From Iphione sp. A-MEVVRFRX5 (Eukaryota): 64,000 bases of DNA. The DNA lies in the NCBI GenBank assembly GCA_976226885.1, contig OZ320319.1, positions 7,006,001 to 7,070,000 of the forward strand, read 5' to 3'. A program made the position numbers and the translations under genes. Below the pieces are notes generated by a model. It saw nothing but the letters and a program-made list of their open reading frames with translations, was not told the origin of the DNA and did not search any database. Shown here one piece after another: positions 47,919-62,311 of the stretch; position 1 is the first letter of the stretch; every line of letters begins with the position of its first letter.

Positions 47919-50900
47919 TTACTTACTACCAAAGCAAGTTACGCGTCTGTTTGTTGAACAGGAGGTATCCCACCAAAAACATTGTTGAAGAGAATTTGAG
48001 TAAAACATGATCACACAGTTTTGGTTTGTTCCACCATTTGGTTGAGAAGGAAGCCAGATCTTCGGAGATGTGAGAGTTGTTCCATCATTCCACACAAATG
48101 TGTTCTCTACAGAGATGTCATCAAGTCCAATCCAGTGATTTCCCCTTGATATAAAATATTACACCAAAAGAGAGAATATCAGATAATGGAAATGGAGACT
48201 GAAGTTTACAAGTAATGAGAGAAATTTTCTTCTTACCTAATCTTTAAGATCATGTAAGATTCCTAGAGTGATGGGTGGGGAGTTAGCTCAGCGGTAGAGC
48301 ACTGGTCCACTGATTGAGAGGTCACAGGTTCAATCCCAGGCTTGGGACTCTTGATCACGACCAGACAGATTTACTGTAGCCCCAACCCAGAGTGGTCCAA
48401 AACTCGTAAAAAGGCCGTAGATGTATAGGATTCTGTCCCCTATGCACAAAAAGACCCCAGAAACCTATTCGAAATAATAGTAGGGGACAACCCCTGATAT
48501 TCTGGTCTCTCAATTCTTGACAATAGATGGTAGTATGCTACCCCAGGAGGATATGGAAGAGCTCTGTCATGTGATAGAGAATATCTAGTTCCTGGTTAAA
48601 GATACAATGAAAATGAAATGAAATGATGATGTGTGAGTTCTATCATGGTAATACACTAACTATCTCTAAAAATAGAGAAAGCTTATGTTCCATTTTAATT
48701 GTATTTACAATCTTTCTCTGAAGATGATTGAAATTAATTTACTTAGCCAAAAGAAGAATATAGATATATGAATTATCAAAAATTATCATGTATAAAAGCT
48801 AGTTGTTATTCTACATACCCAACAGATTTGATCAGGTTGCACATCAGGTTCAATTGGTCTGTTGTCGTTAAAACTGGGAGTTGGCCACCACATGTATTTT
48901 TTGCATTTGTATATTTATGCGTCACACCTTTGCTTGTGAAGCAGATATCACCTGAACACTTTGTACTACCTACAAAGCCAAAATTTCAGAAGAAATACCA
49001 TCATTACCTGACAAAAGCTTATACATATAATATACTGTACCAGAAGCTGACCACAAATCTATTCACACCAATTTGTGGCCATTCTTGCTAACCCAACCAC
49101 TTCACCTGGGAACAAAATCTTTGATTTTTTATAGTAACAATTACCTATTTGAAACCAAATTCACCAATACGACCACTTTTGGTGGGACCTGAGGGGTGGT
49201 CGCAAAAAGGGATTCCACTGTATTTCATAATTCTACTTATTGCCATTATTGGACTCACTGAAATTCATATTTTAACAAAGCATTATCTAGATTCGATTTT
49301 AGCAAAGCATTATCTTGCATCGATTTCTTCTCTTAAAGTAGCAGATGCAGTCCTTGTGAGTGTGGAACTTGCGTCATTGGGATGTCAGATTTGGATTTTT
49401 GAATTGTAAATCCAATACCAGAATCCAATATTGCATCCAAAATTCAAAAAGATTGTTGGAATGAATATTGTCAAATAGATTATGCTTTGTATTATTGTGA
49501 AATCATGCATTGTGCCACTAGGGCGCTGGCTATATATAAGGAAGGGCTTTCTCTGAAGAAACAGACTCTGTTCCTACACTTTGAGAGAGAGCTCCCGACA
49601 GAGTTCTCTATGTGTCATGTCCCGGTATGGACATTTTTCATCTGCCCAACAAGACTGTGAACCATCACTTTCAACCCCAGGTTATATTACAATATGTACA
49701 GCCATCTTATACTTAATGGTACACAATAAAACATATTTCACTTCTCCTCCACAAGGTGAAGTTTACATTTTAAGGTAGAAGAACAAGTTGAGAGGCTTTT
49801 TGTTTTAAATCCACAGAGTAAGCACTAGGTTTAAATGAATATTGCCAGTTGAGGATCACACCCTGGTTTCGTACCAGGAACATGCAGGCGTTATGAGATT
49901 AAAGAGATTCTATCCAATCTGTCCATAGAATTGTATATGGAAAAGCAAGCTGATGTATATACATGTATATATATATTTGATTGTATATTGTTTGCCCCAA
50001 ATGAAGTGCCATGATGACTTGATTCCTAGATTTAAGATGTTTAATGCTGAATGCCTAAAACTCAAATGACAAGGAAGCTCTGCCGAGCTTCCTTTTATAC
50101 AGAAATGGTATAGAATCTCCAGTACTGGCTCTGCCCAAATATCCCCAATATATATATACAGAGGATACCCCAAAACCAAACACTCAAAAACCGAATTTCC
50201 CCAAATCCAAACATATTTGACCACTACCAATTGTTTTTCTCTGTTAAGATACTCATATAACCAAACATTTGTATTCAAAATCCAAACGAATTTGGCCAAA
50301 TTTGGCTGTTTTTTTCAATTTTTGGATGAATTTGGCTCGTTTTGGGTGATTTTCGGATGAATTTGGCTGGTTTTTGGTGATTTTCGGACAAATTTGGCTG
50401 CATTTTGCCAATTTTCGGACGAATTTGGCTGAGTTTTGCTGATTTCTGGATGAATTTGCCTAAATTTTGGCCAATTTTTGGCTTAAGAATATGATGAGTA
50501 TGTTGAAAAGTGGCCTTAGGCCACAATTCAAAATCTGAACTGCCGAAATCCAAACGAAATTACCTGAAACGGCGATTGTTTGGTTTTTGAGTTTTAATTG
50601 TATATATATTTATATACAGAGGTGACTCCAAAACCGAACACTGGAAAACCAAATTTACCAAAAACTGAACGAGTTTTGCCAGCACCAATTGTTTTTCTCT
50701 GTTAAGATACTCACATAACCTAATGTTTCTATCTGAAATCTGAACAATTTTCGGCCGACATTGACTGATTCTTGCCGATTTGCAGACGATTTTTGCTGGT
50801 TTTTGATGACTTTGGCTGGTTTTTGACTATTGTTGGATTTTTGCTGATTTTCATAAGAATTTGGATGACTTTGGATGACTTGTAAAGTGTTGAGGTAGGG

Positions 50901-51572
50901 CCTAGGGTCCTAATTAACAGACTAAAAATGACAGTGGCCCTGGGCCACTATTCAAAATCCTAATCCTAGTTCTGAATGATTTCAGCAGAAACGGGGATCA
51001 TTCAGTTTTTGAATATTCTATGTATTATATATATATGACTGGTTCTACCAATAGATGTACCAACAGTATTCTCCAGGACTGCTAAAAACTACAGAAAATA
51101 TTTTTTTATAATACAAGTAAATTCTGATATCAGATTCCTGATGTCCCCTTGATCCAGCCACAATAAAACTGATTTAAAATATCAAATTGAACTGTCATTT
51201 TCACCAAAGAAAAAGTCCCAGAGAATGCTGCTGGTGAAAAATATTTACATGTACTTTTTATTAACATGTACTAAAAAGTTTTTGCATTTCACAAACGGGA
51301 AACTTACATTGTAAAATGATAAGATACCTTTTGTTCAAAAACCCTATGAACTAAACCAAGGCTAATTTAGACATCTTTTTATTGTACATGTAGAAAAAGT
51401 ATTAATAATATAAAGAGGTTGAGTTCTTTTGATAGACTCTTAAAGGATATAGAGAAATAAAGTTTTTCTGAAAAAAGGATTATGAAAAAACAATAAAAAC
51501 TAACTTACCATAGCTTAACCTGGAAATGGTGCATAGAAGAAATACCACTTCTTCCAAGTGATGTACCATCAT
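47919..51572 (-). CDS. C-type lectin copy C (QPN motif); coding exons 51572-51509, 48969-48819, 48150(or 48144)-47919; last-exon acceptor mutated AG>AT
   Basis: MMVHHLEEVVFLLCTISRLSY-G-STKCSGDICF...KSV-G-...WIGLDD...SQPNGG...WWD...CFGSK*; frames open; canonical acceptor absent at 48152-48151, in-frame AG at 48146-48145. Confidence 0.72.
48274..48626 (+). mobile_element. tRNA-derived SINE in intron 2 of lectin C
   Basis: A box TAGCTCAGCGG, B box GGTTCAATCC, (AAATG)n tail, short TGATG duplication; empty site in copy B (~39345). Confidence 0.88.
50159..51022. mobile_element. Two tandem MITE copies (50159-~50600, 50617-51022) inserted in a (TA)n tract
   Basis: Both start TA|CAGAGG...CCAAAACC; internal ~20-bp TTTGGCTG repeats; same family as 32849-33214. 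Confidence 0.75.
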
Positions 51573-53037
51573 CACTCTTTAGTCTAGCAAACAAAACAAA
51601 ATAGTTACTTATGATGTAAATCACAATCTTTTGGTTTACAAAGTTTCAAGTGTACTGCAAATGAGAAAAATGATAATGAACTTACCACTCTGTCACGCTC
51701 ACCTTCAGCTCCAAAATATTAACAACTGGATAACTATCTCTTTGATGTGTCTTATATGAGAAGACGTTCGATCCATGGATACCTCAGAAAGATCTGATAT
51801 GCAATATTCATCAGTGAGCATCTTTAATCTTTTAGGAAAATACACAACCCTCACTACCACAGGCCATTGACAATTGATATTGAGTATCATCAATGGTCTC
51901 ACAAACAAGGCTGTGCCCATCAGGTAATTTGCCAATTTGCCAATTTGCATCACTAACAACCTGGAAGGTTAATAGTTCAAAAGTTTTTGTTGGATGAATG
52001 CATATGCACTCTATATCTACCAATATAACCTTTAAAGATAACATTCAGGTGAGATATCTAATTTTTGCCTATAGTGCAGAAAACCAAATTACTACAATGT
52101 ACCCTCACTAATATGACCTTCATCAGTTCCAAACTCAAATGGTTACAATAGAAAGTGGTCTTACTAGAGACAGTTATGTATGTACAAGACAAATATATAT
52201 ATTCTTAGTCTTATGGTCATATTGTTGAGGTATTCAAGTTAGAGAGGTGGTCAATGTCCTTATTTTTTATTAATATGTTGAAAACAAAGTTTAAATGTTC
52301 ATTATTCTTTTCTTTCCATATTGTCTGGGGATTTCGTACAATTAATGCATGGTGAAACCCGCTATTGCTAGAATGATAATAAAAATAAAGAGTGATGTTT
52401 AATTGATGTTGATCTTCTAATGATGAAAATTTTTCCCTCTTGTATCCAGCCCGTAGGTAGTTTAACATGTTTTCTGAATATTGCAATATTTCTAGAAGTC
52501 TTTAATTCAGAGGAATGGCATTCTAAATCATTATCGATACATAATGTGCCTTGCAGAGAATGCCTACTTTCACAGCTATTTTTTTTGTCAAAAAAATCAT
52601 TGTCCCACAAAAAATACCTATGATTTTGTATACATTGTCCTTCTCCATATGATGGCCATCAGGGAAACATTTAGTTGTGTTCTAGGGGCTTTGTTTCTTT
52701 TCTTTGGGGCAATTACTTTAGACTGCCAAATGGTGCCAAGGCAGGGTCTTGTAGTATTCCTTATAGTACATGTTTATAAGTAGATACTTGTTTGTTTGTT
52801 TTTGCTCTTTCCACTTTATTTCCCGAGTAGCTTTCGAAACTTTTTTGTGTGCTGTAATTTTGTGGTTCAGGATTTTTCCCACTAATACCTGGTGCTCTAA
52901 TAGTGTTATGGGTTTTATTTAAATCCATGTTAGTGTTGGCTGAAGGAAGTGTATTTATATAAGCACTATTTTAATTAGTCTATAACGTTTTCTACATGTT
53001 TGACTGAGAGGACGCTAATAGGTGGTAGTATGGATTT

Positions 53038-53238
53038 TTAACAAAATTTGGATAAGGGAGTAACAGTGCCAATTTTGAATTCATCAGGACATGTATATTC
53101 CAAGGGGGCCATTGAAGATTTCATATAATAATTTGCTTTGACCCTTTCCTGTCCCACCAATGCTATATCATCCACATATGGATGATGGTCTTCTTGTCTT
53201 TCTAGAAATGTGATTTTTAAAATAAGTCTGTGCTTCAT
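53038..53238 (-). mobile_element. Small scrambled non-LTR RT remnant
   Basis: YVDDIAL and FKIGTVTPLSK resemble RT motifs but in non-canonical order. Confidence 0.3.
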
Positions 53239-56200
53239 TTATTGAAATATTGTCACCTAATTTCCTACTTCTAATTTTTACTAACATATTCATGAAATTA
53301 TTGTTTCCATGAAAACAGGTCACATGACCAATAATTATTGTGATTTAATTCAGTTTCTTTTCACACCAATTTACCAAGGGAAACCATACATTATAACACA
53401 TTAACTGTGTACTATAAAATAATATTCCTCATTAGTTTATCAGGAAGTCTGAATCTGTAATTGAGAATATAAAATTTTCTTTACTTATAAATACTTTCAT
53501 AAGGTTTCCATCCTTTATACATAAGGAAAATTCATATAGTTAATATGAGACCCGAGGTCATCCTTTTAACAAATTATAGCTTATGGTTTGTTAGGATCTG
53601 CATATTGTGGTAATTTTTGTAATGAATATGGAAACCATCAATATCAGAAGGACTTACATTTTTATACTGAACTTACTATAAAAAATTTACCTTCCTTCAT
53701 ACGGATACAAATCAAACGAATCAGTTGAATATTGAATCATTTATATGTACTGTTGCCATGGCTACATATCAACATTCTTTCCTCATACATCAATGATGTC
53801 AGTGATATCAAAAAAGGAGCCATTGTGGCATTGAACGTATAACATCACAGATATTCATAAAAAATGACCACCTTCACACATATAAACAATCGGTACATGA
53901 AAACGTCGCAAAACACTTCCTGAACATTTTTGCAATGAGGTATTTTTCTCTAATGTAAATATTTATTATTGTTTTATTGGAGTTTATGTACAATTATGAA
54001 AATATCGAGGAATTTTCCTCGATAACACCCAATATTCAACTGAGTGTTGTTACTATGGTAATGAATGCAATGAAATGGTACTATAACAGAAGAAGCTACA
54101 GTTCAAATATTTTAGTTTGATATGTAGAATGATATAGCAAACGTCACCACAAGGCTAGTAGTACAAAATCATAACTTATATGATAGCTGTATCTACTGCC
54201 ATTATTTATGGCAGCCAGGAAAGAGTTAATAGGGAGCTCAAAATATCCTTCCATAGTGCTGTTTTGACTGTGAGTAGACCTGATGGTGTTTCATCTGGTA
54301 ATTTTACCATCACTATTTATGGTCCGATCTTTTGTGGTTAGTTGTAACATGATCCGAGATGGGCAGGTTTACACATTATCAGGTTTGATTACCAGTTCTG
54401 TACCTAACTAGGTAAGTCTTAAAGTGATGTGCTGCTCATTCCTATTAGTTTTGTCACTATTTTCATCTTTGAGAAAACATGATAATTTTCTTGCTTTCCT
54501 CTAAGAAATTTTGTCTCATAGAAGACTAAAACTTATGGGCATTAGAACTGGTATGAAATAGCTACCATTCTCTAAACATAGCTTTGATCAATTTGATGTT
54601 TACTGCTGTGCTATGTGTATTCAAATATCAAGGACATTCTCTTTGCAGGACATTATCTATCAGAGTTCAACTTCATTTTAAAACTTTACAATTGTTCTGT
54701 GAATTCATTATAAAGGAATCAGCTCAATTATAACATCTGTATATGTGTAGAAACACAGACATTGACAACAAGGGGAGGAGGGTTCAGTGGCTTTAATGTG
54801 ATAACTTTAAAAAAAATGATTATTGTAGTATATTCTGAGTCCATACAGGATGCTTCTGGCCTTGTCATCGATGTGTCAAACAGTGTGTAAATGATAACTA
54901 GTCTTGTTTAAAACTGAAAACCTTATGAATGTACTAGATATCAAGGACCTAGCATACTGAGTAATAAGTAATCAGTTGTATTCTGTTCTCTGTGATACAA
55001 AGCTTCTCATACAATATATAAATTTTATCTTATGGGTGGCCTATACATGATGCATCCAAAGTGAGTGATAACAAGAGAAATATCTCAGCAATTGAGCTGT
55101 CGTCAGCAGTATGTAATGAGCATTTCAAACCTATTGGAGTACCCATATGGAGACAGATACTAGAACTAGCTAGGCTCACAAAAAAGCCTGATAAAAGCAA
55201 TTTGTTCAAGTCAAAAAGCTCATTCTGTATACCACTTGAGACCGTTTTCAAAACACATCTATTATGAACAAGAACAGGAATAAACAGATCATGACTATCT
55301 GGAATAGAAAAATGTACAATAAGACTAGCAAGGATAGATCAGTGATGATATATATTTTTTATTAACATAATATCACTATTATTTGATGGGCAATGGACAT
55401 CTCCATGTCTCAAAAACAGTGTTTCCAGAGAAGAGAATAAATATTAAATGACAAATATCAAGTTAATTATGAAGCAAAGAAAAGGATGGGACAGTCATGT
55501 CTAGGCCACAAGGCCCTTGCCAACACTTACTAATCATCGGCTATACTCCAAGGTGACCATGCTACTACTGGCTTGTGGTGGAGCTGGGGTGATTAGGGTC
55601 CAGATAAATTGCACACCAAATAGACTGATGCGTGGAATAAATTGCATGTAGCTAGAGGTGCTTTTCTCATGTTGTGACACCTTTCCTTATTTATTCCTAA
55701 ACAGAGTATCAACCATCTGATTAGTGAACTATGCCTCTGTAAGGTGTTTCCAACCATTTTCTTGGACTATAAGTGCCACTGTATCTTGAAAAGTGCCTAG
55801 CTGTCACATGTACTGTGCTACCTAATCCAGTGGTAACCTAGCCTACTGACCACATATGGTTTAACCTCAGCGAAAGTAACCTGTTATGCTGTACTGGGTG
55901 ATTTTTACCTTTTCTGTGACGCCATATTATTATTAGCTTAGTCATCACTTATTTTCTTTATACATCACTTCTGTCTTGTCTGCACTTTGTAATTCAACAC
56001 GAAAAACTGTGTACAACATATACAGATGTTCAATAAAGAATCGAATTGAATTGAATATCCCCATATCTGGATCACCTCTGGTCCGGGTCATTTTGGTCAT
56101 AACATAGCAATGTGACACCATTTTTAAAAATCTCTTCTATGACATCAACATTGTATCTAGTAGATAGAGGACACCTTCTCCTTCATTTTGCTTTTTGAAT

Positions 56201-59200
56201 TTTTAAAATTCCATAAGTGGTTGTTAAATTATACAAGGTTTCATGTCACAAAAAGAGAAGAATTTGGTGAAATTTTGTTCCATGTCTAAATTGTGGTACC
56301 ATAATAGATTTTCTTAAACCTTTTCCTTACTTATGAAACTTCATACACAAAAGGTTTTCAGATATGACAAATTCATTGGTAGCATTTTAAAAGTATTTTC
56401 ATGAACTATAGTAGGCTAAAATTACAAAACAAGCAGCCTGATTATAAACAGAGGATATGTAGAGAGTGGGAGATAGGTACTTTCACTTAATTTCCCTCAT
56501 ACCTAAATTATACACAATATATACATGTTATACATCAAATTAAAGCTAAAAGATCAGACTTTCTCATGGTGTATTTGCCATTCTGTTATCTAATATTATC
56601 ACTGAATGCTAATGAATTAAATCTTTGAAGTATTTTTAAAAATGGAAATATATAAGATAGAAACTTGATTCAAACTTTACAAGAATGAACAAGGTTTCAA
56701 CTACAAGACTGCCAATTTTAAAAAAGATCACTGCAGGGGAAATAGTGCGGCTTTTAAACTGAATATGAAAGGTGCTTGAAAAGAGGGGGCCACACAACAG
56801 GATGTGAGCCAGGAACTTTCCCACGCTTGGGTCTTCACCTATTACCAGCCGCTCAGTTCACATTGCTACATAACACCCAAATGCACTTAACCAAAGGTCT
56901 CTGGATAGTGATGTTTCACTTCCTAGTACGAACACACTTGTAATACACACTGACAATACGTGACGGGTGCCTATTCTAGAGTCAACAGTGACAACTCAAG
57001 CTGGTACCAGGCCTAAGGAAGCCACTTATAACACTGGTTACTGTCAGATCCCCAAGAGTGGCCCACAAGACACCTCCTAGCCAGAGGGATTGTCCAGCAC
57101 CACCCTGAACACTGAGAACCACTCTGGTATCAGAGATGATTAAGGAGGGAGCTGCAGCTGCAAACGATGTTTCCAAATTTACTCTGATTATCGTGAGATT
57201 GGTATGCCAATCAATGTATTCATTTTGTTTGATGCTCTTCATGGAAATACTTGTACTCAGTGCAGTGTTGTGAAGTGCCAATATTTACCGATGTTTTTCT
57301 TACAAATCAAACAATAGAATCATTTTGTAAAATGTGTTATAAGAGAAACCACATGTACTTGAGGCGGTGCCAATAACCATATTAGTAAATGGACTAGCTA
57401 TAATACCTATAACAAATGATACCAGTAACGACAATCAATATGGTATCATAAAGGTAACCTTGACCTTGACAGTGTGATGCAACCAATGTGACTTCTGCAG
57501 GCCAGAAAGCCTGATGGATCCCAACACTTCTGTGCATGATAACAAAACAAGGGATATGGCATCAACCTCCAAAATTTGCATTCTATGTTTTGGATCAAGA
57601 GATTCAGCTTTTTTTAGCTGTACATCCACATCCTATAAAGAAAGTATACTACTGTAGCAGTTTGGTCTCAACCCAGAATATTGGGCTTTCAATGCCTAAG
57701 AGTTGTACTTTGCTAAGTTAAGGCTAAGATATTTAACTGAAACTTTGAGTTGGAGTTGGAACTATTCCGACTTGAGACATAAAAAGGCAGGGCTCTTGGC
57801 AATCTGCAGATGTTCTTACTTGAAGAATTCTGACCTAAACTATAAATTGGCAATCAAAAGGTGTTAATTGTTGTTAAATTTAGTTTATAGATTGTGTCAC
57901 ATGGCCATCCTTAGGGCCAGACTTTGTATAATAGAACGGACTTACTTCCTGAATAAAGAGTTAGTCTCTCACTGCATCCAAGACAGACAACTTTGAATAC
58001 AGATCTTGTGTGGACATTCTGTATTTTCACAAATAATCAATCATCCAAGCCTATGAGACACATTACACTACTATTATTGAGGACTGAGAGACTAGAATAC
58101 CCAGGGATAGCCCATACGCTTATTTTGAACAGTGTTACAGGGGAAGGAACTGTGATACTTGGTGGGGAGAGCTGTGGGGGGCATAAGTGCCCTGGTAATG
58201 GCCAAATAAATACCCAGGATTGCAGAGGTGCGCATTGTGTATATATGTACTGTTTCCGTTGATTGTCATCAGTTGTTTCTTGTCTCTCTTCGAATAAACA
58301 TCTCAGATTGGATCTACGTAGGGACACCCTTACTTTGATAATGCTTTGGTGCAGTATATGCAAAAATAGGGTTCTGGGGTCTTTTCATGCATAGGAGACA
58401 GAATCCTGTACACCCGCAGCCTTTGTTAAAGCTGTCCACCACTCTGGGTTGGAGCCATAAATCTGCCTTGTCATGATCAAGAGTCCCAGGCCCAGGATTT
58501 AACATGTGCCCTCTCAGTTAGTAGACCAGTGCTGGTCAGTTGCTGTAGTACCCCCAACTCCCCAATGCACCAGTTGACTAAACTGATAATTTTTGTCTTC
58601 AATTGTGGTTTGCATAAAATAATTCACCATTGGGATCACTGAAATATGCTTAACCCCTTACCATCCAACAATGGTAAAATCGTACAAATATGTACGATGG
58701 AAGTTAGGTAGAATGTACACACATTAATTTTAAAGGTATTTTCTTCATTTTTGCCCTATAAAACAGTAATATGGTGTTTTTTCACAGGGATGACAAAAAC
58801 ATTTACTATTTTAAAATGGAGGCATCTAAAACTGATCACATGACCATCATCATTTGCATAAATTAGAGTTGCCACTAAGGCCCCTTTTCCATGCACACAG
58901 CAAGGCATAAAGCCGCTCGCTTGACAGAGGTAATTTGGCTATCCAGCATAGCCTCCCCCACGTTTTATTGCACCCCCAGTGCCAATGACCCGGTACTTGT
59001 GCGCGACCCACTAGAGCAGCTCCCTCGCTTTCCTCTGTGTCTGTCTCTGAGAGCCGCGGGTTCAGAGCGATGTCAGAAGAGAACGGGTGTGCCGTGGGTA
59101 GAAAAAGAAGCAGAAATCGGTATTGACTTGTTCCTAATATAGGGTGGTGGGCCCTAGTCAGAACGCAACCACATTTTTGCCAAAAATCACCCAAAATGAA

Positions 59201-61340
59201 CCCCTCCCCACTCTGTGGTGAGAGATGTATTCCCTGATGGATGGAAATGAAGGATCTCCCAACATTCCCCGGTTTGCCCTCAAATAGTATACCAGGAATT
59301 TAATAGACCATAAATTTAGACAAAAGAAGCATCGCCCTCCGTGACTACACCCTGGTGTGCCCTGGTGTGCCATTGGGGGCTTAACAGCCCCTGTCAGTCC
59401 ATGTATTTAATTTGTCCATGTATGATTTGTCCATGTATCAACGGTTCTAGCCTATTTCCTCCCCCGTAGGCCGGGCCCGGGATGCGAACCCGTGCCGTGA
59501 CCCACGAGACGAGTCGGGCGGAGCGCCCTGCACTCTGAGCCACGGAGGACGACTACGCCTTTGGGGATGGTTGTGTATGCACATGTTGGCCTATGCTCCC
59601 TGTCGCGGTTAATTTCTTTGTAGCTTGATATCCTTCTACATATGAACATGTTCATTTTTTTTTGTTTAGAAATGGTCATACAAAACAGTAATATCGCCCG
59701 ACGTCCTTCTATTTACATTCTGACAGGATTCCGTCATTTGTTTTTCCAATCGGCCGGGTAGATAATTTATATGGATTTACTCTGGCAATCAGTTCATTTT
59801 CTGTAAGTTTTTCTATTAATTTGCAGCCGGAAAAGGCTGGCTTCTGAATTAGATGTATGACTGTGCTGCAAGTAGTGACGCGCCATGTGAGGGAGATACA
59901 CTGGACGCTCAAGGTTATTTCTATCGTCCGTTGCGCCATCTATTGGCAACGTTATGACAGGAAGTATGTCATGCGCCATCTGCTTCACCTCGCCTTAAAT
60001 TCAGTGCATCTTCTCATGGGTACGCTTGTACTTCGCCTCGCTAATCTTTGTCGGAGCGACTGAAAGGCAGAAAGACAGTTCTATGGAGGGGCAAACAGAC
60101 GGCATAACAAAACTTTTGGACGCGAAAGATAAGGAGAAAAGGTCGGAGTATGATATAATTCGCATTGATTATTATATTCACACTACGGCCTTACCCGCCA
60201 TGCCACGTGGTCTCCTCTTAAAGCCTTCACTACATCTGGGGGCCCTTAAATGGTGTTTAAGGTAGGTACCCTGCGATTTAATCTAGCAAATCGCAACTAC
60301 TTTAACAACAATTACAGGATGTGTTCTCTCTCCCAATTCCTTATTAATTACTGATTATCAATAGGATGTGTCCATGTGAACTGTCCGTGGTGATGGATGC
60401 ATCAGCGTAAGATGCAAACAAAACACACATCTTTTGGGGCGCCATGTTGACAGGGGGAGGGGGTAACTCCGTGCCATATCTCAAAAGTCACTGACACTAC
60501 TACAAACTCGTTCACCCCGCTTGGGAATCGAACCGGGTATCTGTCAATTCTCGAGCGACGCTCGCTAGAGTTTCCATAATGTCAGGACGTTACGTCCGCC
60601 GTCGCTCAATGGTATAGTTCCGACGGCGGGCCTAGGACACGTGTACCAGATGAGTACATTACCAATGGTGGGCCTAGGACATGTGCACCGGAGGAGTAGA
60701 CCCCCTCCCCATGACGGAGACCCTGCCCCCAGCCGTGGTGTTATCTCGAGATAATTTTTACTGCTATCTAATTAATAGCCTGTTGAAGGGTGCGCATCCT
60801 GTTGTGTCCGAGTCTGTGGCGTGAAATAGTTTTTTAATAGCGACAGCCCGCTCCTCCCGTCCTCCATACGTCACTGTTTTTCTTTTGGGAGGGGCTGGTT
60901 TCGTATATGGCTGGATTTTGGGATGGTTTACAGAGGATACCACAGGAATCATTTTCGGAAGGACCACATTTTCATTCTTTGGCTATTGACCTGAACGGTA
61001 GGAGTATCGGGTGGAGGACCATTTTTGCACCAGACTAATGAGCCTTGGCAGCTCAATAGCCTTTACTATTTGTCTTTAGTGACAGAAGCTTTGCCTGTGA
61101 AGGTAATTCTTTCGTGTCTTTTACATCTATCTGTACCCTGTCGGCCATAAAGAACAGGTCCCCTCATACCATGTCCACTAGTTTTCCCACACATCTCTGG
61201 TCGCCACAGTACCGGCTGCCAGTAAATCATGAACGCCTTTCACCATGGTGTGATTGTTTGACTTTCTCCGACGAAGCGCACATGGTGTTGTGGGGACTAC
61301 TCGGTGCCGAATTGAACCAGCATGTTTGATGAAATGGCGT

Positions 61341-61762
61341 CTAGATAGGCCATTGTGAGAACAGGCCGTCGGGCTGTGCTCTTGTCCCCTGGCGTAACTT
61401 TGGCCGACCACTCGCCTTATCTGCAACCTTCAACACCTACTTTGTCGCCAGGGTTCTTATTGCGTACAACTTTAATGGGAACTTTCTCAGGCTGATACCG
61501 ACTTGCTTTGTCGGCGGTCGCCATCTCTGCACCTTCACTGACCTGCGAAATGGCGTCCAGATAGTCCATCGGTTTAACAGGCCGTCGTTCTGAGCTACTG
61601 CCCCCCTGGCGTAACTTTGGCGGTACATGCCGCCGTGCTGACCACTGGCCTTATCTACAACATTAAACACCTCCTTTGTTCCAAGGGTTCTTATTGAGTA
61701 CGACTCTAATTGGCACTCTGACAGGCTGATACCGACTTGCTTTGGCGGCGGGCGCCACCACT
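61341..61762. repeat. Diverged ~200-bp direct duplication (61341-~61530, 61556-61762)
   Basis: Shared ACAGGCCGTCG, CCCTGGCGTAACTTTGG, GGGTTCTTATTG, CAGGCTGATACCGACTTGCTTTG blocks. Confidence 0.85.
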
Positions 61763-62311
61763 AGACCGGCACCGATTCTTTGCGTCTCTCGTTGAGGTTT
61801 GACATTCACCTTGATCTGTGGAGGCACAGCTGCGTCCCTCGTCCACCAGTAATTATTTTGTGAGTGTAAATCGTTTCGGCGGCGGCTCGTTTTTATTGCC
61901 AAACTTTTATCGTCGCATCTGCCAACAAAGAGGGCTCCAATCTCATCATACAACCTCCCGTGGTGGCCCCACGCCAAGGCCTGACGCGAGCAGTGACGCG
62001 CCGTGCCCTTTAAAAAGGGGAGCAACTCAGCCCCTGGCGCATTCCGCTACCTCTTCAACTTTGACGGAGACGTCTGTCCGTGTTTGCCTGCCAGAAACGC
62101 ACGTGTTCCACTACAGACCACGTAAGTTATCTTTGGGAAACCGCCCATTTGTCGTAAGAAAATGTTAAAAGCCATATACTCAACCAGGTAATTCGGCAAT
62201 AATAGAACGAACAGACACCTTTCTGTCCCCAATTCGTGTTGTACTGTTTTCATACCTGAATTGAAATAGTGTGCGTAAGATTGGCATTGCTTTTTTTCCC
62301 ACAGCGCCACG

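Noticed and set aside
48277-48350. Functional tRNA genes (also 34612-34700, B-box-like GGTTCGATT at ~720 and minus strand ~60530)
   Set aside because: A/B boxes are present but no intact cloverleaf; 48277 continues into a SINE body and tail with an empty paralogous site; the others lack pairing arms or an A box.
55030-55267. LINE pol remnant (AVCNEHFKPIG resembles ELLNEHFSCIG)
   Set aside because: A single short motif; insufficient to annotate.
59452-59988. Two same-frame minus-strand ORFs as one degraded gene
   Set aside because: Four stops in the 38 intervening codons and no recognisable domain.
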